Assembly: GCA_947474715.1 (NCBI GenBank)
Contig: CANJJT010000006.1
Span: 12,588 to 76,587 of the forward strand
Length of the DNA: 64,000 nt
Origin: Betaproteobacteria bacterium
GTDB taxonomy: Bacteria > Pseudomonadota > Gammaproteobacteria > Burkholderiales > SG8-39
Direction of reading: 5' to 3'
Shown here one piece after another: positions 1 to 9,317 of the stretch (positions are counted from its first letter, which is position 1; each line of letters starts with the position of its first letter). The position numbers and the translations under genes were made by a program. The notes under the pieces were generated by a model. It was not told the origin of the DNA and ran no database searches. It saw only the letters and a program-made list of their open reading frames with translations.

Positions 1-2
1 GA

Positions 3-230
3 CTGCCGCCACCCACACCCGAAGCAGTGGTGCAGTGGTCGTGGGACAAGGTGGCGCCAGCACAGATCATCCAGCGCATGCAGGACAGCCATGCCGTGTG
101 CCGGCTGAGCGGCTCGGCACTGGCGCAGCTGCGCGCGCAGGGCGTGGAGGATGCCGTGATCGACCATATGCATGAAACCCATCTCGCCGCAGTGCGGCGG
201 GAAGCGGCAGCACATTGTTTCGACCATTGA
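3..230 (+). CDS. hypothetical protein, C-terminal fragment (gene begins left of the window)
   Basis: The frame is open from nt 3 to the TGA at 228-230. The listed ORF 27..230 is only its GTG-initiated tail. No motif recognised. Confidence 0.3.
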   Translation: MPPPTPEAVVQWSWDKVAPAQIIQRMQDSHAVCRLSGSALAQLRAQGVEDAVIDHMHETHLAAVRREAAAHCFDH

Positions 231-236
231 TTCCCA

Positions 237-506
237 ATGTTTCCCTGTGAAGCATGGCCGCCCGGGCTGGCCTATTATCCGGGCCGCTTGGGCGCCGTCT
301 TTATTCCTGGGGATGGGAGCCCTCCGTGTTCGTGTCCGCCTCTGGCGAGGCAGCGGCCGGCATGCTGGTGGCATTGGCGCAACCGGCCTGGTCACGAGGC
401 GCTGGCCCAGGCCCGGCTGGTGCTGATCGCGCTGCATGTGGCCGCAGTGATCCTCTCCTCGCGCCGCAATGGCCAGAACCTGGTTGCAGCCGGTGATGTC
501 AATTAA
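237..506 (+). pseudogene. possible decayed remnant of a membrane b-type cytochrome (C-terminal helix only)
   Basis: The tail of ORF 237..506 (HEALAQARLVLIALHVAAVILSSRRNGQNLVAA) resembles the last helix of di-haem cytochrome b / b561-type proteins. The upstream part continues only in another frame (ORF 254..496) and there is no intact N-terminus. Confidence 0.2.
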
Positions 507-578
507 TATCAAATTTGTGCGATGACATCGATCTTCATTAATCAATAGATATGATTGTTATCAGATTATCAATGATAT

Positions 579-1481
579 TCACGGTGCGGCGCCGGGGACC
601 ATGCTGCCTGCGGCTCCGGCGCAGGGGTCTGTGCGCGGCGTGGGCGCCGTGAACCAGGCGATGTCCAGTCCCGACAGGGCATACCCGGTCGGTGAGGGCT
701 GTCCCGGCTGCGTTTCGATAAAGCCGATCACCAGCGCTTCGACGCCATCCGGCAGGTAACGGGGCACGCCCATGTCGCGTCGCACGTGGCCTGCGCCGGC
801 AATGAACACCACCGGGTGGCCCCGCCCCAGCGCCTCGCGCAATGCTGTCGCCATGTGTGCATCGCGTGCCCGCTGCGCGGCGACCATGCGCGGCATCTGC
901 GGCGCTGGCAGCCGATAGCCGCAATGGCCGCGTACCAGCGCATCTTCCAGCATGGTGAGCTGCACGGCATCCACCGGCGGCAGTTGCGGCGTCGTGCGTC
1001 CCTGGGCGATCTCGCGCGCCCGCTCGCGAGACAGGTTGGTCGCCACCAGCGGCCAGCTGTAAGTGGCAGCGTGGGCGACCAGATCACGGTAGGCAGGCCA
1101 GCCCCAGGCCTGGCGATCCAGTCGGCCGGCATCGGCCAGTCCTTCGGCATCGCGCATGCCGGTCGCTCGTGCTGCGTCGAGCGTTGCCTGATGCTCGGTG
1201 TCGAACTGCTCCATGGCCAGTACCGGACGCCGGCCAGGGACTGCTCCGGCCTGCAGTGCCTGCAGCATCTGCAACTGCAGCCGGTGGTGCTCGGCACTGT
1301 CATGCAGTTCCCCCAGCATGAGGTAACGGCTGTGTGCGGCGCGCTGCTGCAGGGCTTGCAGCGTCATGAATGCTCCGGCCTGCACATTCCAGATGCGGCC
1401 CTCCAGACTGGTGTCGCCGGACTGCGTTTGAGGGCTTGAGCAGCCTGCCAGTAACAACAGGATCAGGAACAACAGTTTCAT
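579..1481 (-). CDS. ChaN-family (haem-binding uptake, Tiki superfamily) lipoprotein
   Basis: Internal ATG at 1481 gives MKLLFLILLLLAGCSS, a lipoprotein signal with lipobox. The body matches the ChaN/DUF399-type pattern (GELHDSAEHH ... HVRRDMGVPRYL). The longer listed ORF start at 1634 is unlikely. Confidence 0.75.
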   Translation of the reverse strand: MKLLFLILLLLAGCSSPQTQSGDTSLEGRIWNVQAGAFMTLQALQQRAAHSRYLMLGELHDSAEHHRLQLQMLQALQAGAVPGRRPVLAMEQFDTEHQATLDAARATGMRDAEGLADAGRLDRQAWGWPAYRDLVAHAATYSWPLVATNLSRERAREIAQGRTTPQLPPVDAVQLTMLEDALVRGHCGYRLPAPQMPRMVAAQRARDAHMATALREALGRGHPVVFIAGAGHVRRDMGVPRYLPDGVEALVIGFIETQPGQPSPTGYALSGLDIAWFTAPTPRTDPCAGAAGSMVPGAAP

Positions 1482-1578
1482 GGGCTGTACACCGTGCGAC
1501 GGCCAAAGCGGGGAGGATACCGTGGCGAGCCAAACAGGGCAGCCGTCGCTGGCACTTGAGAAGAGGCTGGATGGTGTG

Positions 1579-2676
1579 ATGAGCCAAGCGGCTATGATGT
1601 CAATCCGGGTTGCAGCCAGCATGGACACAGGCATGGGCAGTGAAGTCGTGGGGGGAACCGATCAGGTTGACGAGGGCCGACGCGGTCTGCCGGTGACACT
1701 GGTGCGCCTGCTTTCCACGGTGGACGCCCGCACCCCAGACTGGCTGGCTGCCCAGGCGGCCGTATCGGTCGGGGCGGTGATCGAGGTCTTGCGCTTGTTG
1801 CCCTCGCTGGGGGTGGCGCTGACCGGATCGGCCGACGCTGTTCGCCTGGCCTCGCCGGTGGATCTGATCTGCAACAACGAACTGGACACCTTGCTGCAGG
1901 ACCAGTCCGGCTTGCAGGTGGAACTGTTGGATGAATGCGACTCGACCAATGCCCGCCTGTCCGGGCGTCGTGACGCACCTGGGGGTAGCGTACTGGCCTG
2001 CGAGTACCAGTCTGGAGGCCGCGGCCGACGCGGGCGCGCGTGGAACTCCGGCATCGGCGCCGCGCTGACCTTCTCGCTGTTGTGGCGGTTTGCCGCACCA
2101 CCGGCGGCCCTGGGTGGGCTATCGCTTGCTGTGGCGGCGATGCTGGTGGGTGCGCTCGAGCAACAGGGCTGCCATGGCATCGGGTTGAAGTGGCCGAATG
2201 ACCTGTTGTACCGGGAAGCCAAGGTGGGCGGCATCCTCATTGAACTGGCCGGTCGTCAGCAGGCGCCCGGCACGCTCGATCCGATGCGGCGCGAGAGCGA
2301 CTGCATCATCGGCATCGGCCTCAACGTGCGTCTGCCCCTGGCCGTGGCACGGGACATCGATCGCCCGGTGTCCGACCTGGCGGCCACCTGCATCAGTGGC
2401 GCATCGCTGCCCACCCGCACGCAGTTGCTGGCTGCCGTGCTGCGTGAACTGGCCACGCAACTGCCCGTGTTCGAGGCTGAGGGTTTTGCCGCTTTCCGTG
2501 AGCCGTGGCTGCAACGGCATGCCCATCAGGGCCGTGAGGTATCCATCGTGCTCGATGGCCGCACGTTGATGCAGGGGCGCGTCGAAGGCATCGGCATGGA
2601 TGGCACATTGTTGCTGCAATCACAGGGCAGGCTGATCCCCGTGCACAGCGGCGAGGTGTCGCTGCGCATAGAATAA
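1579..2676 (+). CDS. birA: biotin--[acetyl-CoA-carboxylase] ligase BirA
   Basis: GRGRRGRAW biotin-protein-ligase motif and KWPNDLL motif, and the gene sits directly upstream of coaX. The start is uncertain (candidates 1579, 1621). The listed 1480 start would overlap the divergent chaN start. Confidence 0.85.
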   Translation: MSQAAMMSIRVAASMDTGMGSEVVGGTDQVDEGRRGLPVTLVRLLSTVDARTPDWLAAQAAVSVGAVIEVLRLLPSLGVALTGSADAVRLASPVDLICNNELDTLLQDQSGLQVELLDECDSTNARLSGRRDAPGGSVLACEYQSGGRGRRGRAWNSGIGAALTFSLLWRFAAPPAALGGLSLAVAAMLVGALEQQGCHGIGLKWPNDLLYREAKVGGILIELAGRQQAPGTLDPMRRESDCIIGIGLNVRLPLAVARDIDRPVSDLAATCISGASLPTRTQLLAAVLRELATQLPVFEAEGFAAFREPWLQRHAHQGREVSIVLDGRTLMQGRVEGIGMDGTLLLQSQGRLIPVHSGEVSLRIE

Positions 2677-2680
2677 GCGT

Positions 2681-3412
2681 ATGAGAATCCTTGCCATCGA
2701 CAGCGGCAATACGCGCATCAAATGGGGTTTGCGCGAGGGCGATGCCTGGGAGCGCGTGGGAGTGCTTACCCACGACGAGGGGGACGCTCTGGAACCGGCG
2801 CTGGCCTCGCTGGCCAGGCCGGATCGCATCGCCGTGGCCAATGTGGCCGGTGCCGGCGCCGAACAGCGGATCAGGCACGCCTGTGCCGCATTGTCAGCGC
2901 CCATGCTGTGGGCGCAAGGCCAGCCACACCAGTGCGGGGTGGTCAATCATTACGAGCAGCCGGCGCAACTGGGCGTGGACCGCTGGGCGGCGCTGATCGG
3001 CGCCTGGCGCCGGCTGGGGCGTGCCTGCCTGGTGGTCGGGGCGGGCACTGCAACCACCGTCGACCAGTTGTCTTCGCAGGGAGAATTCCTGGGTGGCGTG
3101 ATTATTCCGGGGTTGGCTCTGATGAAGCGCTCGCTGGCCGAGAACACCGCGCAACTGCCGTTTGCCGAAGGTGCCTGGACCGAGCATCCGCGCAACACCG
3201 CCGATGCCATCGAGTCCGGTGTGCTGCATGCCCAGGCCGGTGCCATCGAGCGCCTGTTTGCGCGCCTCGCCGCCAGCCAGGGCGGCAGCCCTGCCTGCTT
3301 GCTCTCAGGCGGTGCCGCAGCGGCCATCGCCCGTTGCCTGGACATCCCCCATGGCGTAGCCGATCACCTGGTGCTGGATGGTCTTGCCCACATGGCGGGA
3401 GATGCGCCATGA
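2681..3412 (+). CDS. coaX: type III pantothenate kinase (CoaX/Baf)
   Basis: N-terminus MRILAIDSGNTRIKWGL is the typical CoaX ASKHA-fold phosphate-1 motif. The birA-coaX pairing is conserved in betaproteobacteria. Confidence 0.9.
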   Translation: MRILAIDSGNTRIKWGLREGDAWERVGVLTHDEGDALEPALASLARPDRIAVANVAGAGAEQRIRHACAALSAPMLWAQGQPHQCGVVNHYEQPAQLGVDRWAALIGAWRRLGRACLVVGAGTATTVDQLSSQGEFLGGVIIPGLALMKRSLAENTAQLPFAEGAWTEHPRNTADAIESGVLHAQAGAIERLFARLAASQGGSPACLLSGGAAAAIARCLDIPHGVADHLVLDGLAHMAGDAP

Positions 3413-3435
3413 GTTCACCGGGGAGTCACTGAGGC

Positions 3436-4194
3436 ATGCGCGCATTCCTGCTGTTGCTGCTGCTGGCCAATGTGGCATTTTTTGCCTGGTCTCTGCATCT
3501 TTCGCCGGCGGCCGGTCCGTCCCCTGAAAGTCATCTGCTGAACCAGCAGATCCAGCCTGAGGCCATCAAGCTGCTGCCCGCGGATGTGGTTCTCGAGGCA
3601 GCACCCGTGGGCGCAGCATCGGTTGGAGCAGCGGCGGCTTCTGCGGATGGGGCGCCGGCCAGAGTGCCTGCTCAGCCCGCCAGTGCAAAGGCAGTTGCCG
3701 CGATCCCGCCGGCCGCAAGCGTCTGCCTGGAGTGGGGGGCATTCTCCCCCGGCGATATGCGTGGCGTGCTCGATGCGCTGGCCAAGGTCCTGCCGGAGGC
3801 CAGGGTGACGCAGCGGCGCGTGGTCGATGAAAGCGGCCAGTACTGGGTCTTCATGCCGCCGCAACCATCGCGGCAGGGCGCGCTGCAGAAAGTCGGGGAG
3901 CTGCGCCGTCTGGGGGTGGAGGAAATGTTCATCATCCAGGACGACAGCAAGTACCGATACGCCATTTCGCTGGGCGTGTTCCGCACCCAGGAAGCGGCGC
4001 GTAATTACCTCGAGAAATTGCGTGCCCAGGGGGTGCGGACGGTCCAGGTGGCGCCGCGTGACACCTCGGCGCAGCGCGTATTCGTGCAGGTGCGTGCGCC
4101 GGCCGATGTGGCCCGCGCCGAACTCGGCGCCCTGAGGACTGACTATCCGGGGGCAGACGTGCGTTCCTGCGTCGCCGCGAATGGCAGGACCTGA
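3436..4194 (+). CDS. SPOR domain-containing membrane protein
   Basis: N-terminal TM helix (FLLLLLLANVAFFAWSL), an Ala/Pro-rich linker and a C-terminal SPOR-like repeat (YAISLGVFRTQEAARNYLEKLRAQGV). Confidence 0.7.
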   Translation: MRAFLLLLLLANVAFFAWSLHLSPAAGPSPESHLLNQQIQPEAIKLLPADVVLEAAPVGAASVGAAAASADGAPARVPAQPASAKAVAAIPPAASVCLEWGAFSPGDMRGVLDALAKVLPEARVTQRRVVDESGQYWVFMPPQPSRQGALQKVGELRRLGVEEMFIIQDDSKYRYAISLGVFRTQEAARNYLEKLRAQGVRTVQVAPRDTSAQRVFVQVRAPADVARAELGALRTDYPGADVRSCVAANGRT

Positions 4195-4239
4195 GGTCGG
4201 ATCTGTGTCGCGGCACGGATCCGAGACGGGATTTTCGCG

Positions 4240-4752
4240 ATGACGGCATTCGCAGGGCCCTCGCGCATCGACATTCGTCAGGTGACCCGTTCGATGGAGT
4301 TCGCGCAGACGCGTGAACTGTTTCTCGAATATGCCGCCTGGCTCGGCGTGGATCTTTGCTTCCAGCATTTCGACGAGGAGCTGGCCGGTCTGCCGGGTGC
4401 CTATGCCTTGCCCCGCGGACGGCTGCTGCTCGCCGATGCCGACGGACAGGCAGCGGGCTGCGTGGCGCTGCGTCCCGTGTCGATTGATGGGGCGCAGGAC
4501 TCGGCGGTGGCCGAGATCAAGCGCTTGTGGGTGCGCCCGGCTTTCAGGCGCCTGCGCCTGGGGCATCAACTGGTGTCCGAGGCCATCGAGGCCGCGCGTG
4601 CAGCCGGCTATCGCCGCGTCGTGCTCGACACGCTGCCGCAGATGGAAGCGGCACGGGCCCTGTACAGGTCATTCGGATTCGTGCCCATGCATCCCTATTA
4701 CGATAATCCGCTGCCTGGCGTGATGTATCTCGGTCTTGATATTTTTTGCTGA
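4240..4752 (+). CDS. GNAT family N-acetyltransferase
   Basis: Acetyl-CoA binding motif region IKRLWVRPAFRRLRLGHQLV, with typical size of about 170 aa. Confidence 0.8.
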   Translation: MTAFAGPSRIDIRQVTRSMEFAQTRELFLEYAAWLGVDLCFQHFDEELAGLPGAYALPRGRLLLADADGQAAGCVALRPVSIDGAQDSAVAEIKRLWVRPAFRRLRLGHQLVSEAIEAARAAGYRRVVLDTLPQMEAARALYRSFGFVPMHPYYDNPLPGVMYLGLDIFC

Positions 4753-4789
4753 TGGGACGGGAGCTGCCAGGCCGGCGGTCTGCCGGTTG

Positions 4790-5197
4790 CTAGCCCTGCT
4801 TGTCGATGCGCGTGGCGATGCCGGCGAGGTCATTGACCCAGGGCAGGGCCGAGCGGCACCAGATCTGCCTGTGTGGTGGCAACTGGGCGCGCTGGCGTGA
4901 GGTCGATACGCGCACGCCATACACCTTCGGATCGGACACCGAGGTGGCATACAGGGCGGTGCCGCAGTCTGCGCAAAAGGCCTGGGCGCGCTGGTTGCCG
5001 CTTTCGGCCGTTTTTATGTAGATTCTGGGCGTGCCCTGCAGCAGCCGGAACTGCTCGCGCGGAACCGGCGCTGTGATGCGGAAAGCCGAGCCGGAGAAAA
5101 TCTGGCAGTCGGTGCAATGGCAGATGCCGACGCTTTTCGGATTGATGTCGGCTTCGTAGCAGATCGCGCCGCAGTGACAACTTCCGTCTATCTTCAT
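4790..5197 (-). CDS. GFA family (glutathione-dependent formaldehyde-activating enzyme-like / CENP-V) zinc protein
   Basis: CHCGAICYE ... CHCTDCQ ... FCADCG cysteine pattern characteristic of GFA domains. Confidence 0.85.
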   Translation of the reverse strand: MKIDGSCHCGAICYEADINPKSVGICHCTDCQIFSGSAFRITAPVPREQFRLLQGTPRIYIKTAESGNQRAQAFCADCGTALYATSVSDPKVYGVRVSTSRQRAQLPPHRQIWCRSALPWVNDLAGIATRIDKQG

Positions 5198-5247
5198 GCC
5201 TGCCTCCTTGTCGATGCCGTTACCGCCAGGGGCACGGCGCCTGCGCT

Positions 5248-5739
5248 TCAGGCGCCGCGGATGCGCTTCACCAGAGCGCTGGTAGAGCGCTCGTGCTGGA
5301 AGGGGATCGAATGCACGTTGCCGCCCCAGCCACGCACTTCGCCGGCGCCAACGATGGACTCGGGTTTCCAGTCGCCGCCCTTTACCAGGATGTCCGGCCG
5401 GCTCGCCAGTATCAGTCGCAGCGGCGTGTCCTCGTCGAACCAGGTCACCAGGCTGACCGAATCGAGCGAGGCGGCCACTGCCATGCGATCGGCCAGCATG
5501 TTGATGGGACGGTCATCGCCCTTGCCCAGGCGTTTCACCGAGTCGTCGCTGTTGAGCGCGAGCAGCAGGCTGGCACCCAGTTGGCGAGCCTGCGCCAGGT
5601 AGGTGACATGGCCGCGGTGCAGGATGTCGAACACGCCGTTGGTGAAGACCAGCGGACGTGGCAGTGCCGCCAGTCGTTTGCCCAGATCCTCGGGCATGCA
5701 GCACTTGATTTCGAAGGTGGGTCTGGAGTATTCCGTCAT
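5248..5739 (-). CDS. hldC: D-glycero-beta-D-manno-heptose 1-phosphate adenylyltransferase (RfaE domain II type)
   Basis: FTNGVFDILHRGHVTYL cytidylyltransferase H-x-G-H motif. ATG at 5739 (MTEYSRPTFEIK) is preferred over the listed 5838 start, which reads through a 9-bp tandem repeat. Confidence 0.85.
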   Translation of the reverse strand: MTEYSRPTFEIKCCMPEDLGKRLAALPRPLVFTNGVFDILHRGHVTYLAQARQLGASLLLALNSDDSVKRLGKGDDRPINMLADRMAVAASLDSVSLVTWFDEDTPLRLILASRPDILVKGGDWKPESIVGAGEVRGWGGNVHSIPFQHERSTSALVKRIRGA

Positions 5740-5798
5740 GACATGTCTGCCTGGATGACCACGCAGCAAGTATAAGTCAATCATCAGTGCCTGCTGAC

Positions 5799-5836
5799 GC
5801 CTGGCACGCCTGGCACGCTTGGCACGCCTGGCACGC
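5799..5836. repeat. 9-bp tandem repeat GCCTGGCAC x4 (third unit GCTTGGCAC)
   Basis: Direct reading of gcctggcac gcctggcac gcttggcac gcctggcac gc in the hldC/chrA divergent intergenic region. Each unit contains TGGCAC. Confidence 0.9.
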
Positions 5837-5971
5837 ATCGCGCGCGGTGAATGTCAGCAGCCGGGTCCGGTCCATCCCGTACAATGTGCACTGCTGATTG
5901 CCCTTCCGGACACTGTTCCGAAACGCAGGTGCGGTCCGGCATTCCATTCGTCTCCGTCCCGAAAGCCCAGC

Positions 5972-6598
5972 ATGTCCGAGCCTGACGCCAAGCCGGCGCC
6001 TGCAACGATTCCACCACCGGCTTCTCCTGCTGCGCCGACTGCCGGTAGCCATGGCGGACGTTCCTGGGAACGCATCGGCCCGCTGCGGCTGCTCATCATC
6101 TTCAGCCAGATCACCCTCGTGGGCTTCGGCGGCGTGTTGCCCTTTGCCTACCGCGAACTGGTCGAGCGCCGGCGGCTGCTCAGCAACGCGGCCTTTTCCG
6201 AGATGTTCGCTTTCGGGCAGGTCATGCCGGGCCCGGCCATCGCCAATTTCGCGCTCACCGTCGGCTATCGCGACAGCGGTGCGCTGGGTGCCGTAGCCGC
6301 AGTCGCGGGCATCGTCACGCTGCCCTTCCTGCTGCTGTTGGTGGTGGGCATTTTCTACTTCCGCAATGCCGACCTGCTGCTGGTGCGCCAGGCCCTGCAT
6401 GGCATGGCCGTGGTGACCGGCGGGCTGGTGGTGGCAGTGGCGCTGAAAATGACTCGCGGCATGCACCGGAACAAGCAGGCAATGTTTCTGCTGGTGGGTG
6501 TCTTTCTCAGTTTCGGCCTGATGCGCTGGCCCTTCCTGGCGGTGATCGCGGTGGCCGGTCCGCTGGCCTTCTGGCTGTCCTGGCGGGAGCAGCGCTGA
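5972..6598 (+). CDS. chromate transporter family protein (short CHR, first of a pair)
   Basis: FGGVLPFAYRELVERRRLLS ... GQVMPGP CHR-domain motifs. ATG at 5972 (MSEPDAKP) is preferred over the listed start. Confidence 0.8.
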   Translation: MSEPDAKPAPATIPPPASPAAPTAGSHGGRSWERIGPLRLLIIFSQITLVGFGGVLPFAYRELVERRRLLSNAAFSEMFAFGQVMPGPAIANFALTVGYRDSGALGAVAAVAGIVTLPFLLLLVVGIFYFRNADLLLVRQALHGMAVVTGGLVVAVALKMTRGMHRNKQAMFLLVGVFLSFGLMRWPFLAVIAVAGPLAFWLSWREQR

Positions 6599-7152
6599 TG
6601 GTGGAGGGCGGCACCGGTTTCGATACGCCCATCTGGCTGCTGCTGGTGCAGCTGATGATCCTGTCGTTTGCCGCAGTGGGTGGCGGGCTGGCGATGCTGA
6701 TGCCGGAGCTGCAGCGCTTCATCGTCATCGAGCACGGCTGGATGACCAATGCCGATTTCATTGCCGCCTTCACCCTGGGGCAGGCGGCGCCCGGGCCGAA
6801 CTTCCTCTACGTGGCGCTGGTGGGCTACCACCTGGCCGGTTTCAAGGGTGCACTGATGGCGGCCATCGCCGTGGTGGTGCCGCCGGGCCTGCTGGTCTAC
6901 CTGGTGCTGCGGTTTGGTGAATCGCGCGTGAGCGCGCGCTTCCAGCGCGCCATGCGCGAAGGCCTGGCGCCGGTGGCAGCCGGGCTGATGATGTCCTTCG
7001 GCTGGGTGATGTGCTCACAGGTGGACACCAACTGGCGCGCGGCGGCGGTGACATTGATTGTCGTGGCAGTGAACTTTCGCACCCGCCTCAATCCGGTGTG
7101 GCTGGTGCTGGCCGGGGCGCTGCTGGGGATGGCGGGAATCGTTTCTGACTGA
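6598..7152 (+). CDS. chromate transporter family protein (short CHR, second of a pair)
   Basis: ATGA start/stop overlap with the upstream CHR gene. LGQAAPGPN motif and multiple TM helices. Confidence 0.8.
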   Translation: MVEGGTGFDTPIWLLLVQLMILSFAAVGGGLAMLMPELQRFIVIEHGWMTNADFIAAFTLGQAAPGPNFLYVALVGYHLAGFKGALMAAIAVVVPPGLLVYLVLRFGESRVSARFQRAMREGLAPVAAGLMMSFGWVMCSQVDTNWRAAAVTLIVVAVNFRTRLNPVWLVLAGALLGMAGIVSD

Positions 7153-7207
7153 TCATAATCAGTCAGCCCAGCCAATGATAACGGCGCCTCTGTCACGAAT
7201 ATGATCA
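7149..7207 (+). repeat. 59-bp conserved intergenic element, copy 1 (TGATCA-terminated)
   Basis: CTGATCATAAT-N14-CAATG-N3-ACGG-N16-ATGATCA. The same block order and spacing recur at 28706 and 39661. The TGA at 7150-7152 is the stop codon of the upstream CHR gene. Confidence 0.75.
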
Positions 7208-7263
7208 CATGATCTGGTGTGGCCAATGTGATCGCCGTGGCCAATGTGGCTGGGGTGTTGCGC

Positions 7264-8636
<1,373 letters not shown>

Positions 8637-8900
8637 TCAGAACAGGCAGGCAGCAGCGCAGAAAGTTGCAGGCGGGCAGCTGGTGCCTGCCCTGTCCCGA
8701 AAGTGCCGGTCGTGGGCGGTGGTCTCCGTGATCATTCCTCGCCGGGAGAAGATGCCTTTTCGGGCATGCCATGTCCGGGACTGCATCCGCGTCTCCCTAG
8801 GGAAACACTGATCCAGTCTCGAATCGAGGATCACCGTTCAAATGTTTGCTCTGACTTGGGGGATATGCAAGGGCGCGCAGCCCGCTTGCTCAGTGCTTTC

Positions 8901-9317
8901 CTAGTCCATGTAGACCTCGAAGGCCACGCGCCTTGCCGGACTGCGGTGCCGCTGCAGGCGGCTGATGCGCGCCGACAAGGGCTCGCCGTTGTCGAGGGCC
9001 CAGGCCAGGGCGGCATTGCGCGCCTGCGGCACGTAGCCCAGCTTGCGTGCTTGCCACTCGACGCGCACGGCATTGCCGTCGTGGGGGTTGTCCGGCTCCC
9101 GCACCAGCACCAGTTCGTCGCCGACGCGCATCGCGGTGAAGGCGCGGGCGGCCTCATGGTAGTTGTAGCCGGCCAGCGGCGAGTCCTGCACCAGCAGGCG
9201 CACCTGTTGTGCCTGCGCCAGCTGGCAGGGCAGCCAGGCGAGCATCGCGGTCGCCAGCAGCACCGGCTGGAGCGATGGACTGATCTTCAGCAGCGCTGGT
9301 TCAGAACTGGAATGCAT
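8901..9317 (-). CDS. HIRAN domain-containing protein with N-terminal signal-like segment
   Basis: LVREPDNPHDGNAVRVEW...KLGYVP HIRAN signature, and a hydrophobic N-terminus ending AQAQQ. The start is uncertain (9317 overlaps the yraN end by 17 nt; the alternative is 9245). Confidence 0.65.
   Translation of the reverse strand: MHSSSEPALLKISPSLQPVLLATAMLAWLPCQLAQAQQVRLLVQDSPLAGYNYHEAARAFTAMRVGDELVLVREPDNPHDGNAVRVEWQARKLGYVPQARNAALAWALDNGEPLSARISRLQRHRSPARRVAFEVYMD

Noticed and set aside
551-580. Fur-box-like sequence GATTATCAATGATATTC
   Set aside because: Only about half of the 19-bp Fur consensus positions match by hand alignment, and the site lies at the 3' end of chaN rather than in a promoter. 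It is kept only as a remark inside another finding.
1480-1578. Listed birA start at 1480 and chaN start at 1634
   Set aside because: These extended N-termini overlap each other on opposite strands. The lipoprotein signal at the internal chaN ATG (1481) and the need for a divergent promoter region argue for the shorter versions.
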